A DNA stretch of 61,089 bases, the filler included. It is 6 parts of 6 records of this genome, joined end to end, with 100 filler letters (N's around TTAATTAATTAA, not from the genome) between each part and the next. Parts side by side here need not be neighbours in the genome. Positions count along the whole stretch, not along the records: positions 53,775 to 61,089 come from SRR31147125_43327; 5 more parts are not named here. One strand, 5' to 3'. Position 1 is the stretch's first letter; each line of letters begins with the position of its first letter. Positions 60,967-61,089 of the stretch are shown in pieces. The position numbers and the translations under genes were made by a program. A model generated the notes under the pieces. That model saw only the letters and a program-made list of their open reading frames with translations. It was not told the origin of the DNA and ran no database searches.

Positions 60967-61089
60967 ATTTTTTATGGATTAACCCCTAAATATGTTTTCT
61001 TCTGAGTCAACAAATCTGTTATATATTATATAATAATTTAGATATTTTAGTTTTTTATCAATAATCATTACCAATAAAACAGAGAAAAA

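Overview
This window is not one locus. It joins six unrelated contigs with artificial 100-nt spacers (N44-TTAATTAATTAA-N44 at 12905-13004, 18600-18699, 29184-29283, 45145-45244, 53675-53774). Many genes are split at homopolymer runs, which looks like sequencing indel error. All taxonomic labels here are inferences from gene content and composition. Contig 1 (1-12904, GC-rich, Desulfobacterota-like): a binding-protein/histidine-kinase/response-regulator/PP2C signalling cluster, ppk2, flavodoxin, a pentaheme cytochrome c that continues through an in-frame TGA (likely ExtKL-type selenoprotein), a YpfJ-like peptidase and a YnjBCD-like ABC transporter. Contig 2 (13005-18599, AT-rich, Firmicutes-like): folate ECF S component, MATE pump, XRE membrane regulator, flavodoxin-like protein and a YibE/F protein. 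Contig 3 (18700-29183, FCB/KSB1-like): a giant Ig-repeat protein with a C-terminal sorting domain, Ca/Na antiporter, a TetR operon with visible operators and an FAD oxidoreductase. Contig 4 (29284-45144, Desulfobacteraceae-like housekeeping region): PSP1/RicT, holB, IHF, a NusG paralog, lptD, tmk, a cysteine synthase-CysRS fusion whose CysRS half lacks KMSKS, ferredoxin, RNase J, ftsK and a methyltransferase. Several of these carry unusual low-complexity insertions. Contig 5 (45245-53674): esterase, pectate lyase, DEDDh exonuclease, MNT/HEPN modules, a Tat aldo-keto reductase and a long candidate RNA hairpin. Contig 6 (53775-61089): MMPL transporter, pilin, a TPR-like protein overlapped by a palindromic element, DUF362, and two orphan genes behind sigma-28-like boxes. 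The best leads are the cysteine synthase/degenerate CysRS fusion and the UGA-readthrough cytochrome. No rRNA, tRNA, CRISPR array or transposase was recognised.
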